Source: Rhizophagus irregularis
Taxonomy: Eukaryota
Length of the DNA stretch: 64,000 bases
Assembly: GCF_026210795.1 (NCBI RefSeq)
Contig: NC_089431.1
Location: 2,790,001 to 2,854,000 of the forward strand
Reading direction: 5' to 3'
Positions 28,191 through 41,204 of this stretch are shown in pieces. Below the pieces are notes generated by a model. The model was not told where the DNA came from. It made no database searches and saw only the letters and a list, made by a program, of their open reading frames with translations. Both the position numbers and the translations under genes were made by a program. The stretch's first letter is position 1. Each line of letters begins with the position of its first letter.

Positions 28191-29337
28191 AAAATGATGA
28201 CGTTAGCATATCTCCAGGAATAATAATGCACGATTTTGTCACCTGCATAAAGTCCGATCTGAAAATTTTATTTCTTACCAAAAAATGCTTTCATAAGAGA
28301 ATCCCAAATTCTTTTACTTTATTTAAAAGATTTTATTTGCCATTTAAGGATTTTAGTAGAATAAATCTAATAAAATAATTTTAAAAGATAAAAAACAAAT
28401 ATATAATTAGTTATTTTGAAAAAAAAGAATATCTTATTATTCATTTTACAACTATTTTACATCATAATTATTTTTTATTTGCATGTATTTTTTACAAAGA
28501 AAAAACAATAAATTAAAGCTAAAAATTATGAAAAAATATGTCTTATCTATGTATATAAAATATTAAGTTTTTTCTTTTACTTACCACTTAAAAATAACTG
28601 CTATATTTGCTTATAAACTTTTTTGTCATATTTAATAAAAGTGAATAGAAAAATGATGGAAAAGTGATGGGAGTGATGGGGAAAAAGAAGTGGTTATTAC
28701 CGTTATTTTTGAATATTGATTAAAAAAATTTTTTTTATTTTTTATTAAATCTGAGTTACGTAAATATGTAACACATATTTAATTTAGATTTGTGTAATGT
28801 TAATCTTACTAAAATATTAAATTTTTATAAAAATCTTAATTTAGACTAATTCCAAAAATCGGCACATATGAAGTTAAAATAAATTTAAAAATTAAAAAAG
28901 TTAATTTAAATTAAATATTTGCTTTTAAAGTTAATATTAATATTATAAAAATTGATTTCTTTTATTAGATAATTATTTCTTATATATAAAATATTTATTG
29001 ATTAAAATCTTTTATATAGAATAATCCTTTAATATAAAGATTAGAGTGATAATATAATTGATATTAAGCAAAATGATTAGCAAAAAAATATTATAAATAC
29101 TTCTAATGTTTAACCAAAAGATTAAGAATTCATATTTTAATTAGAGATCCTGGGCGAAACCAAAATATTTAGTCATTTGACTAAACCGAAATAGTTTAGA
29201 CATTTAAAATTAAAAGACGAAATGCTGAAATTCAATATTCTATAGTATTTCCATAGATTTTTTATAGATTTCTATAGATTTTTAATTATAATAATTACTT
29301 ATAAAAAAAATAATAATAAATTGAGTGAATTTATTTA

Positions 29338-29726
29338 CCGCACCCTGCGTTACAATGCATCCTTCCTTTTTTGTAAATTGTTTATATCGATCTTTAGTTT
29401 ATAAACCGCACCCCTAAGGTTGCTTGTCTAAACCTCTTCAAAATCCTACAATTAGTTTCGTCAAAATTTTACTATAGATTTATTATAGTTTTGGCAGAGT
29501 TTTGGCAGTTTCGGCATTTATAATAAGTTTCGGCAGTTTCGCCTTTCTCCAAAGTTTCGCCAGTTTTTTAATATAACTTTAATATAGTTTCGGCAGAATT
29601 TCACTTTTCGGCGAAACGCCATCTTGCCTAAACCCCTAGGTTTCGGCAAGCAACCTTACGCACCTCCCCTTAAAATGGCAAATGATAAACATAAAAATAT
29701 ATATAAATTTGTAACGCAGGGTGCGG
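29338..29726. mobile_element. Tc1/mariner-type MITE
   Basis: Perfect TIR CCGCACCCTGCGTTACAA flanked by TA on both sides. Confidence 0.8.
29415..29658. mobile_element. hAT-type MITE nested in the Tc1/mariner MITE
   Basis: TIR TAAGGTTGCTTG / CAAGCAACCTTA. 8-bp TSD CGCACCCC / CGCACCTC. Internal TTTCGGC repeats. Confidence 0.8.
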
Positions 29727-30142
29727 TAAATACATTATTTCTAATAAATTTATATTAAAATATAATATTTTTTAAAGGAATTTATAAAACTATTATATAT
29801 ATAATATAATTTCATATATTTTTATAATAAAACTATAATTTTATATAATTAAAATTTAAACTTAAAAATTATTACTATATAGTTTATAATGATGAAACGA
29901 AACTGAAACAGGTTGGTGATGAAACTGAAATTTTTGGTAAAAAGAGTTTAGCTAGGTATCAATAATTTTAATAATTTATATTATTAAAATATATAACTTA
30001 TTAATTATTATGTTTATAAATTTATTCTTATTAATCTATGTATTATTTAATTTAATAATAATTTATAATTAAAAAAATAATACTTATAATATAATTCATC
30101 ATTAAAGAGAAGAAAAAAGTAGTCAAAATCTTATATTATATT

Positions 30143-30521
30143 CTTTACTGAAATCCTAAAATTTCAAACAATATCACTAAGATTATCTTAATAACTTTAC
30201 TTTGATATTGTAACATTATCAAAATGATATCAAACAATTTCATTACAATATCATCACAATATCACTTATCATTATTATAATATAAATGTAATATTGTAAT
30301 AATATTGTTTTAATATCTTATAATAAATATTAAAACAAAGTTGTTAAAATAATCTTAACAATATCATTAACAATATCATTATGATATAATTTTGATATTG
30401 TTAAGATATTATTTAATATTATTTTGATATTGTATAGTAAAATGATATTATAATGATATTAAAATAATATTAATTTGATATTGAAATAATATCATTTAAT
30501 ATAACAAGATTTTCTGTAAAG
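30143..30521. mobile_element. Decayed MITE with opposed subterminal repeats (possibly CMC-type)
   Basis: CTTTACTGAAATC / GATTTTCTGTAAAG ends. AATATC repeats on the left and GATATT repeats on the right. TT on both flanks. Confidence 0.45.
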
Positions 30522-31138
30522 TTTAATAAAATTATTATATAATTTATAAATATAATAGTTTAATTAACTATTAAATCTAATAAATAAATAAAAATATTAA
30601 ACTAAATATAATAATGCTCTGCAGCCTCTATTTTTAATAATATATAATAGAATTAAAATTAAAGTTAAGATTATTGTATTTTAATAATTATTTAATTTTT
30701 AAATCAAAGGTTAAATAATAAAATTCTTTTTTAAATAAAATCTGATATTATAAATTTATAATATATATTATTTTTTTTAAAAGAATAAAATTTAAATTAG
30801 TAGTTTAAATAATAAATTGTAATTACTATAATGCATTAGTTTTTATAATGTTTTATAATAATATTTATAAAAAAAAAAAACTAAAATTTGTATTTTTAAT
30901 AAAATTAATATAATCTTGAATATTTTGCAAATTTTAAAAATTTTAATATTATATTCAAAAGTATACAAAATTTTTTAATAAATAAAGAGTTTTAAAATTT
31001 TGTAATATATTTAAAAAATATTTAAATATATTATTTGAATAAAAAATAAATTATTTAAATAGTATCTTTTATTTATAATATAAGTATATTTGCTTACTAG
31101 TATTTTTGAATTTAAATTATTATATAATAAATTTAATA

Positions 31139-31404
31139 GGCAATTTCTATTTGTACACAGGGTGTTTAAACACAGGTCATATTAGTAGATTAAAAACGGC
31201 ATTCAAAACCTCCTTTAATGCCTTAAGTAAACTTGCAGAGCAGGTGAAAATACATATATTTATCTGTAATATAATAAGAATAAAAAGTAAAAGAGTATAA
31301 TGTCAGTAGCATTCAATTTCAAATTAAAAAACAAAAAATTAGTCTATTAAAAATTATATTTATATAACCCATGTACAAACACCCGTGTAAACTTAGAAAT
31401 TTTC
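31139..31404. mobile_element. Mutator-like MITE, copy 1
   Basis: ~45-bp imperfect TIRs and a 9-bp TSD AATTTAATA. Nearly identical to 60084-60350. Confidence 0.9.
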
Positions 31405-32410
31405 AATTTAATAAGTACAATAAAAATTGGTATAAATAAAGTTATATTATAACCCTTTATTTATTATTTAATATAAGTGATTGTTTTATTTTTTATAAAA
31501 AAATGGGAAAAGTTAAAAAAATAAGCAACATATGACAATAAATAATTAATTTTCTGTAAAATTTACTGTATTACTAATTTATTATTGAAAATTATTTTTC
31601 TTTTTTACTTTAGAAAACTTTAGCTACTATTCATATTTCTATCACTAAAGAGCTGGACTATTTTAAGGATAAAAGTACTTTGAAAGCATTAAGAAAGCAA
31701 CAATTAATTGGATAAATCATCTAAAAGAATTCAAGGTACAGACTAGCTATTCTGAAAAAGTTGAAGAAGTTAATAATTTAAAGAATTTAGAAAAACAACT
31801 ATCATCTTTTATTATTGAAATAAGAACTAAAGATGGATCTGAATATAAAGCAGCTTCTGTTAGTGCTGCCATTGCCACAATAAAATATCATCTTGATTCA
31901 AATTCTGTGTTAGATTTATTGATCTTTATAAATAAAGCTATTGTTTCAAGATTTTGTACTATAGCTGATAGTAAGCTAAAAGCACTTGCTAAAATAGGTA
32001 ATGCTAAAATTCAAATTTGATGCACTTAAAGATGAAGAAATTTTAATGATTTTAAATCATTATTTAGTAGTTAGTTCTACACCAAAAAGATTAATTCAAA
32101 AGTTTTTTATTTACAATGCTGTTATTTTAAGTTTCTGAGATGATGAACATTATAATCTAAAAGTAAATTAGAATAAAAAACGTTTAGATGGAAGATATGA
32201 TATTATGGTATATAGATTAAAAACTAATCAATATAATTTCAATAATTATAAAAAAGCTGCTAATGTATTGATTATTTCAAATTCTTCAAAAATCATTTAT
32301 AATTATGACATGTATTTTTCTTAAAGACCTATGGTATAGATCCCAAATTTTATTTACAAAAATTTGCAGAAAATCAAGGTAAAAATGGCTATTTTATTTA
32401 TTTATTATAA

Positions 32411-32592
32411 GGGAGCTTACAGATATTACGTAATTATCAAAGAGGGAGAGGGAGTAACCAAAATTTTACGTTACACTTAATAAAATATATAATTTATAAA
32501 TATTATAATTTGATTGGTTATTAAATCTGACAAGGGGGTGGAGGGAGTAAGTTTATATTAAACTGAATATTACGTAATATATGTAACTCCCC
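32411..32592. mobile_element. PIF/Harbinger (Tourist-like) MITE in an intron of the Crypton relic
   Basis: TIR GGGAGCTTACAGATATTACGTAAT / ATTACGTAATATATGTAACTCCCC with a TAA TSD. Confidence 0.8.
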
Positions 32593-32800
32593 TAATGATT
32601 TTTATTATTTTTTCTGATTTTACATTTTTATCAGTTTTAATATCAGGAATTTAGTTTAAAATAAGCCATATTAGTGAAAATAGATTAAAAATATAAATAA
32701 AGAAAATTGCAGTATAACAGGTATAGATTTATAAAATAGATAGAATTATTATAAATCATTCTAGATGAAATACTTTAATTCAAAGTCTTTAAAAAAAGAT

Positions 32801-33177
32801 GGAGTTTACTATTTATTGTTGACAATGATTATTACCAATGTCACGTGATTTTTTAATTTTAGCTAAAATTAAATGATCAATCCTTTTTTGAAATATTATA
32901 TAACACATTTCCCATTTTTTATAAAAAATAAAATTGCCTTTTTTAAATTGTATGACATTACTCAAGTTTTCAAAAAAAAATATTTTGGCCAGAATTATAA
33001 AATTTGGCTGGAATTATAAGGTGTAACAAATAAGGGTGATAAATAGAAATTTTTATACTAAAAAAATCCTAAGTTCCTAGAATACATAGTAAAAATAGAA
33101 ACAAGGAGAGTATGATACAAGATGACAAATTATACATTATTAAAAATTACGTGATATTAGCGATTTATAGCAATTTT
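32801..33177. mobile_element. Decayed Mutator-like MITE splitting the Crypton relic
   Basis: Flanked by duplicated AAAAAAAGAT, with degenerate TIRs. Recombinase homology resumes after it. Confidence 0.5.
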
Positions 33178-36100
33178 AAAAAAAGATAAAAAACGTGCTG
33201 CTGATATTATTAAAGTTACTTGACATTCATCTATTGAAAGACTAAAACTATATAAACTTCTAAAGGAAAATACCCAAATAACATTATTAATAGATTTAAT
33301 TGATTTTATTTACGTACTATCAAAATAAAATAAACAAGAAGGTTATTTTTATTTTATTAACATAGTACTGCTAATTAATCTTATTATTAAATTAACAAAT
33401 TGTATAGTACTTTTAGACTTTATCATTCCTAGAATTTCAAATTTTTAATATGCTGAAAATACAAATTCAAATAAAGGTAAATTTTTAATATTCTAATTAT
33501 TTTCTTAAATTCAATATATAATTTAAATTATTTAATAATAGATATGACTTTTAATGGATTTGTTAAAACCTCTATACTTTCAATAAATAAAAGTACTCAA
33601 AGAAAACTATTAGAAACAAGTTCTTTAAACTCTTAAGAAGTTACATATTAATTGCAACAAATACAGAATCTAATTAAAGGATCTAGTATTCAAAATATTA
33701 ATATTAATAATTATAGTAGTTAATTATACACAGTAATATATTCATTAGTATGAACTTAATTTTCATATGATCATATATAGATTATTGTATATTTGCATAA
33801 AATAAATGAATAAGATTATAAGATATTTAATATAAACCTATATGGCAAATGATAATTTGTATTACAGTAGCAAATAAAAATTAAGTTACTTACATTAATA
33901 TATTCTTTAAAATTATTATCAAAATATATTTAAATTAATTGATTAGTAATATAATTTTATTAATAGAATTAATATCATTGTGATAAGTTTAATAATATTT
34001 AAATTAATTGATTAATAATGGTAATATAGAATTAATTTATTGTTAACTTATTTTATCGTTTATTTTAATTAGATAATAATGATAATTTAAAAGATGTAAG
34101 TAATAGCTATATAAAAAGCCTCAAATTATCATTATTGTTAAGTTATATATAAAAAGCTTTTAGATATTTAAATCTGAATTTTATTATACATATTAATCAA
34201 TAAATATTTGATTTGTATATTGTATTATAAATCATTAGTAGTGAAATATTTGGCTGTTTTTGCAATTATTAATTAATTAATATATTTTTAGCTTTTAAAT
34301 TATAACAACTATTTGTTTAAAATATCAAATAATTGACAAATAGTATTATTAAAAAGTAACTTACTTTTTAATAAAATTATTAGATTTAACTAAAAAGAAA
34401 ATTTATTAATTTTTGATTTAAATACATAATTAATGGAATTTTTGTATTTTTTTTTTTATAAATAATTTTATACAATTGATGATATATATGAATTTTTGCT
34501 TTAAAAAAAATTGATTAACTAAAATTATAATTAGTATTCAATTAAATTTATTTAACATAATGGAATCTGATCTAGAAAAATCAAGGTAAAAGAATTTTTT
34601 TGACTAAAATTTAAAAGTTATTGTATTTTAATCTAGTCATATCAAAAAATATAATGCAAATGCAAATAAAAATCTCAATTTTTGAAAAAAATTTCTCTAA
34701 CCTTGATCTTTTTAGGTCCCAATTATTATTTTACTTAAATATAAATATTTACTATTTCATTTATACTAGAGGGAAATTTTTTTTCTTCCAGCTAAAATTA
34801 GAATATTCTATTCTATTTGTGATTGATACTAATGTTAAAAAATATTAATTTAAATTATTTAATTTTATTAAAAACAAATCAAAATTTATAATATTTCATA
34901 TTAGAAAAAATATAACTTACAATAATGTACTTTAGACATAAATTTTATATAATATAGAATAGGAATTTGCATAAAATCCGTCTTGCATATAAGATGAGTC
35001 TAACTTTTTTCAGAATGCATGAAAGAATAATTTCGATTAATTTTCTAATAATAATAAAAAAAAAATATTATACATATATCTAATACACAAAGAAACCATA
35101 AATTTTCTCGAAAAATAATTTTTTTTGAGGCTTAAAAAGAGGGAACTTTATTACTTTACAAAAGTTTTACCGATTCTTGGAAATTTCAAGATCCAAAAAA
35201 AGACAATTAACTTTCTCTAAAAAAAAAAAAAAAAAAAAAAGATTCCTGCTGATTTTTATCAATAATAAATAATAATAGGGAATAGAATATTACATCATAA
35301 TATACGTTTAAAGAAAAAACAATGATTTTTTGATAAAGTATGATAACTATTAATTAGTTATTAATTAGTTATTAATTAGTATGACGAAACGATTGAATGG
35401 TTCTACGTCATAGCCGTCATTGTTTTTTTTAACATTAGCTCATTTTATTGATTATTTCAAGTATAATAATTTCAAACTAAACTTTTTGAATTATGGTAAA
35501 ACCGTTAAAACATAAAAAAAATCACATTTTCATTGTGATACGAAAAAGGCTTTTTTACCTTTTATAGAAATTTTCTCAAAGGGAAAATGGGAGAACAATG
35601 AAATCTTTTTGATTCCGATCCAAGGTTAAAGCCATTTCGCAATGGTAAAATAAATTGGGTTAAAATGGTACGGGAACGAGGAAAAAAAAGATTTAAAAAT
35701 GCGTCATGTTTATGCATGGACATTAGTTTATTACGAAAATAAGCAAGAACTATTTGAGGAAAAATATGCATCAATGAAAAAAAAAATTACCAGTTATTGT
35801 ATTTTTGTGGGATCAATTACGCCAATCTATAGAAGGCTTAGGATTTAAAATAAATTTAATTGGATAAAAAAGAAAGAAAAAAAGATTACACAAAAAATAA
35901 ACAAAGAATATGTTTATTTGTGACCAATTGTACTATGAAAAATTAATAAATTTGGGATGAAATTAACAAAAAAAGATTAGAAGGGATTTTAATATATTGT
36001 TTAAATTGAAACCCTTCAAAAGATTAACAGTTATAGATTTTTTTTTCAAGAATAATAAAAATTATCATACAATTTCATACAAATTTTAAGAATTATAAGG

Positions 36101-36912
36101 TGAAACAGAATGTCTTTCCTTTTAAATCGAAAAATTAAATAAACATATTATTGATTAATTCATTGTTGCAAAATTGGGATGATCCTTTTTATAGAAACAT
36201 TTAAAGAAAATAATTTTATTGTTTACTTTTTCTGTGAAAGAATACTATCGAAAGAATAAAAGAAATTTCTATTAAGAATTAGTGAAAACTCACAAAGAAT
36301 AGAAATTTGATGAAAGAGAGGCAGAAATTTCCAGAGGGATTAAGTAAATCCAAATAATTCCACAACAAAAAAACATCATTTACAGAATAATATGAAAATG
36401 CCAAGAATAATCATAATAATTTTTCAAGAGTATAAAAAAAAACACGGAGTTATTCTTGTTATGATTAAACCAATTTAGACTAAGTATTAAAATTATTTAA
36501 CAGTTATAATTGCTTGGAAATTTTCAATTAATCACAACATGTATTTTATTGTGATACAAGTATTTTTTCCTAAATGATCTTTTTTGTAAATACCGGGTAT
36601 TTTTTTTTTATTTATATTATGCATTACATATAATATATTGTAATTTGGTTATAAAAGCGTCGGATTTTCGGGGTTTAGTTTCGCTTTTCTTCCAAAAATA
36701 TCAAAAAGACAAAAAAAAAATTAAAAATTTTTTTCTTTCGCCGGTCGAAATAGAAAAATAATTTGGAACTTTTCTTTTATATTTTATTATATTATTTCCA
36801 AATTTATTCATCCAACTTTTTATACATAATATTTTTTTTATAAAAACAAAAAATAAAAAATTTATAAAATAACTTTTATAAAAAAAAAAATTTATTTATA
36901 AATATATAATAA

Positions 36913-38448
36913 ATGACATCAACTTTACAACCAACTTCGCAAAATATCCACGATACAACAAATTCATCATTCATAACTACGACAATGTCGCATTCTACAG
37001 CTTCATCTTCAACTGAAACAATCCCACAAATTGTTTCTCCAATAACAGCACATCAGTTAAACAATGCTATACCACAAAAACTCAAATTTAATAAGATAAG
37101 AACATGTTTAGAATTAAAATTAGTTGAACCCGTAATCTTCTTTCGTGGTAAACCTGAAGAAGCTGTTGGATGTGTTTTAAGAGGCGATTTAATTTTAAAT
37201 TTAGCAAAAGATACAAATATAAGAAAATTAGAGATGAAATTCGTTGGTAAAACAAAAACTCATTGGCGTGAAGGTAATTACAATTTATTATTATAATTTT
37301 ACTTATTTATTTTATTATCTTTAATTCAAAGTAACTAACCTGTTATTTATTTAGATAAAAAATCCATTTCTGAAGAAAGGGAAATCATCTCTCATACTTG
37401 GGAATTTATTAACTCTTCAAAAAAATCAAATCATAATAATACGATAAATCCGTTTCGAATTAAATCACTTACGAATAAATTTTCAAATTCTTCATTAAAT
37501 TCATCATCTACTTATAATTCATCATCTTCATATAAAACATCTTTATCTTCTGGTTCTCATACTTATCCATTTGAATTGTTTTTACCTGGTTCTTTACCTG
37601 AGTCTGCTAAAACAGAATTAGGTACTGTCACATATTATTTAAAAGCTAAAGCTTATAGATCAAGATTATCCCCTAAAATACGTTTATCACAAGAAGTAGA
37701 AATTTTACGTACTCTTCCTGATCATATAAATTCTCAAGGAATTGGTTTTTCAAGAGAATTTGATAATTTATTATCTTATGAAATTAATATTCCAAAGAAA
37801 GCTTATCCTTTGGGTCAAAAAATTCCTATAGATATGAAAATTTCTCCTTATATTAAAAAATTAAAAGTAACTGGTGTGAGGATACAAGTAATTGAAAAGA
37901 CAACTTATACTTCATGTGGTCAAAAGGTTACAGATTCTCGTGAAGTTGCAAGACAAAATTTAGAAACATTTGGTAAAAGTAGATTGATGGATGATGAGGA
38001 AGATGGTGATATTGGAAATGTTTTTTATCAACAAGCAATGGATTTAACTTTACCAAAATGTCTTCGACCTGTTCATTATTCTTGTACTACTCCTTTGATA
38101 AGTGTTGCTCATGATTTAAAATTTAGTTTTTTAATATCTTTACCACGTGATCCTAACGTTCAAAATTCAATAAAACATGCGGAATTAAAGATAAGTGTAC
38201 CTATAACTATATTATCTTGTAAAGCTATAGAAGATTATGTTACTTTACCAAGTTATGAAGATGATAGTTTTTATTGTCCTTGTCATCCAGAATATTTAAG
38301 AATGGCAAGATTGGTTCTAGGAGAGAGTGATGGAAATAGGTTAGAAACTTGTTATAATGGAGGTTATAATCATCATAAATTAAACGTACAAAGATATAAT
38401 TATAATAGGGCACCTCCAAGTTATGAGGACTCAGTTGTCGAAATATAG
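36913..38448 (+). CDS. Alpha-arrestin (ART; Rod1/CreD-like ubiquitin-ligase adaptor), 2 exons
   Basis: Exons 36913-37273 and 37355-38448 splice in frame. Arrestin-N (LRGDLILNL..MKFVGKTKTHW; YPFELFLPGSLPES), arrestin-C, and LPSY/PPSY motifs. Confidence 0.92.
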
Positions 38449-38626
38449 GCGTGAAAAAAAAAACATAATTTAAATAGAACATTTTTTTAAACGGACAATA
38501 TATCAAATTCATTTTATCATTTTACGTTATTTTTATAACCATTTTATTATTTTATTTTAATACTTTTCTTAGCTTTACATATAGATAAGAAATTATTATT
38601 TATTGTACATATTTTTATGGTCAGAT

Positions 38627-38667
38627 AAGATATATATATATATATATATATATATCAGATATATATA
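38627..38667. repeat. (AT)n microsatellite
   Basis: Direct reading. Confidence 0.9.
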
Positions 38668-41204
38668 ATTTATATTTATATTTTTATATTTTGTAAAGTT
38701 GGATGAGAGAGGTGTTATTATTTGCGATATATATATAATTATATAATTAGGTATAATAATACTTATTATTTTATTGTGAAAGTTTAAATCGAAGGAAAAT
38801 TATTATTATTATTATTATTTTATCGCTTTATCGCGTACGAAAGTTAATAAATTCTTATTTAAAAATATTTAATCAAATTTTCCAATGTGACAAAATGCGA
38901 TTGTATTTTCCAATGTGATAAAATTCGAAACCAATGCGATTGTTATTCTTGTTCAAAAATATTTAAAAACCTTTTTATCAAATTTTTCAATGTGATATTC
39001 GCGATAAAATCTATTATAATCGATGTAATTAATCCAAAAAGAGATCGAATGGTCTTAAATGAGTATGATCCGATCATGAGGACTGCGGTCCTACATTATT
39101 AAAAAGATTTTCGGAGCTTTTTTAGCTTGATACATCGATCTTCTTGTCATATTAACTCATGGGGAAAAAGCAACTTATGTATAACAAAGAACAATCTATA
39201 CATATTATCATTTTATGCATATTTCGATAACCATATTTGTTTTTGTCCCCCAAATCCAATCCCTAACAGTCTCATAAATTTTTTAGTACTTCCCCTAAGT
39301 GTAAAGAATTAAAGTTTATGATCCGGTTTCCTAGATTGATATTTAATTAAAAAAAAAAAAATTATTAGGTATCACCCACCATCTACAAATAAAAATTTAC
39401 AAAATAAATGCGCTTAAAATAAATGCACTCAAAATAAATGCATTCATTCAATTTAACAAACATTATCATTATTAGTAAATAAATATCATGTGTTTGTGTT
39501 ACGAATTATTCTTATACAAAGAATTTTAAAATTATCTCTCTCTCTCATTAGTAAGTACTCTAATTAGAAGCCGTCATCCAATACACCTGATATAACTATC
39601 AAAAAAAAAAAATCGAAGAGACATGCAGAAATGTTAGGTGTGAAATTCGTCTAACTTTTAATATTCAATTTTTAACTCCGTAACATTTCAACTTATTCAC
39701 GCGACTTTTCATATTTATATCACACTTCCTAATAATATAAATAAAATGCTCAAAAAGGACGCACAATTTATTAGTGAGTAGTGACCTCTTATGATTTTGC
39801 ATTCGATAAAATAAGGTAATTCTATATATTTGTAATCATTCTTTTATAATTTGTAACAAGATTGGTTTTAACTCCTGTCTTTTTCGATAAAATGGGTAAT
39901 CCTATCTATACATTTGTAATCATTCTTTTTTTAAGATAACTGATAATAGCAAACCTGGTAACGAATTAACGTTTATATTCTTTCATGAAAAGATCTCTTC
40001 AACTATTAATAATTTCCTTTTTTTGATTGTTATTTTTTTTACTATTTAAAAAATTTCCAAAGTTAGTGCGGGCGTAAATACCGTAAAATATCTGAACTTC
40101 TTGAAAATTCTAATGCGATCACCATAACATCATGTGAAACATTTGTGTTTCAGTACTTGCATCTGTAATTGCATAAAATAGAAATATTTTTTTAATGAGC
40201 TTTAAAAAAGATATTACTAGTTAATAATCCGGTTGGAACTTATGTTATTAACTTATTAAGGATCTTTGGCGGGTCCTTACATAAGTCATATGAGGAATCC
40301 ACTTTTTCGTGGGGATTTATGAATGTTGTCACAATGTCACATGTGCAATCGAATCTAGTTGAATTTGGTCAAAAATCTATTACAAATTTTAATTAGAATA
40401 TTCCCTTGTTCCTTATCAAATATCAAAGTTAAACTTTACCTTTTTTATATTAAAAGAAAAATATATTCGTCTTATCAATAATAAATAATTTTTATCAATA
40501 CTAAATATCTTTATAGTTTAAACAAAAAGATGATAGTTTTGATCAATATATATATATATATATTTGAAACAAAAAAAAAGGAATGAAAGATATTCATAAT
40601 TTTAAAAATCCACTTAATCCAAATTTAAACCGAGAATGAAAAGCACATTAAAAAAATAAATAGTAAACTATAAGTATTAATTTGTCAAATAAGGAAGGTA
40701 TCAACAAATTATCCGCCACAATCGAGTAAATCGGTTATAAAATATTTTATACTTCCGTACATTTTCCAAAAATATCACTTTAATACAATGCATAAAACAT
40801 AGTGACTTTTAATTGAAAGCGAATGAAAATAATTGATGATATATTGATAATGTTAACACAAGTTGATCATTTCCATATAATTAAATTCCTGACAATATAG
40901 ATATTTAATCTTAATTTTTGACTTTAATGATGCCACGGGTATTCCGATATACCGATCATTAATAATAATTGCTTTGTGTGCATGACATCATGATAAACTT
41001 CCGAGAAATTTTATTTCGTTTGACCTTGAAGTATAAATATGACACCTTTAATTGTTGGGATTTTCTCACAAAAAAATTTTTTCAAAAAAAAAAACAATCT
41101 GTGTCACAATTTCATCGTGAATTTTTTTTAAAAAACAATTAATTTATTTATCCTTTGTATCTTAATTAATATATAATACTGATTTATTCATAAAATTTAA
41201 TAGA

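Larger units (their letters stand above)
31610..33290 (+). pseudogene. Decayed Crypton-like tyrosine recombinase (DUF3504-type)
   Basis: Broken frames give EIRTKDGSEYKAASVSAAI, DALKDEEILMILNH, LSF*DDEHYNL, YRLKTNQ, INHSR*NTLIQ and KVT*HSSIERLKLY. This is the R...HxxR...H...Y order, with Arg positions read as TGA. Interrupted by two MITEs. Confidence 0.7.

Noticed and set aside
31106..31300. Near-identical small ORFs at 31106 and 60057
   Set aside because: Both are read through the same MITE and have non-ATG starts.
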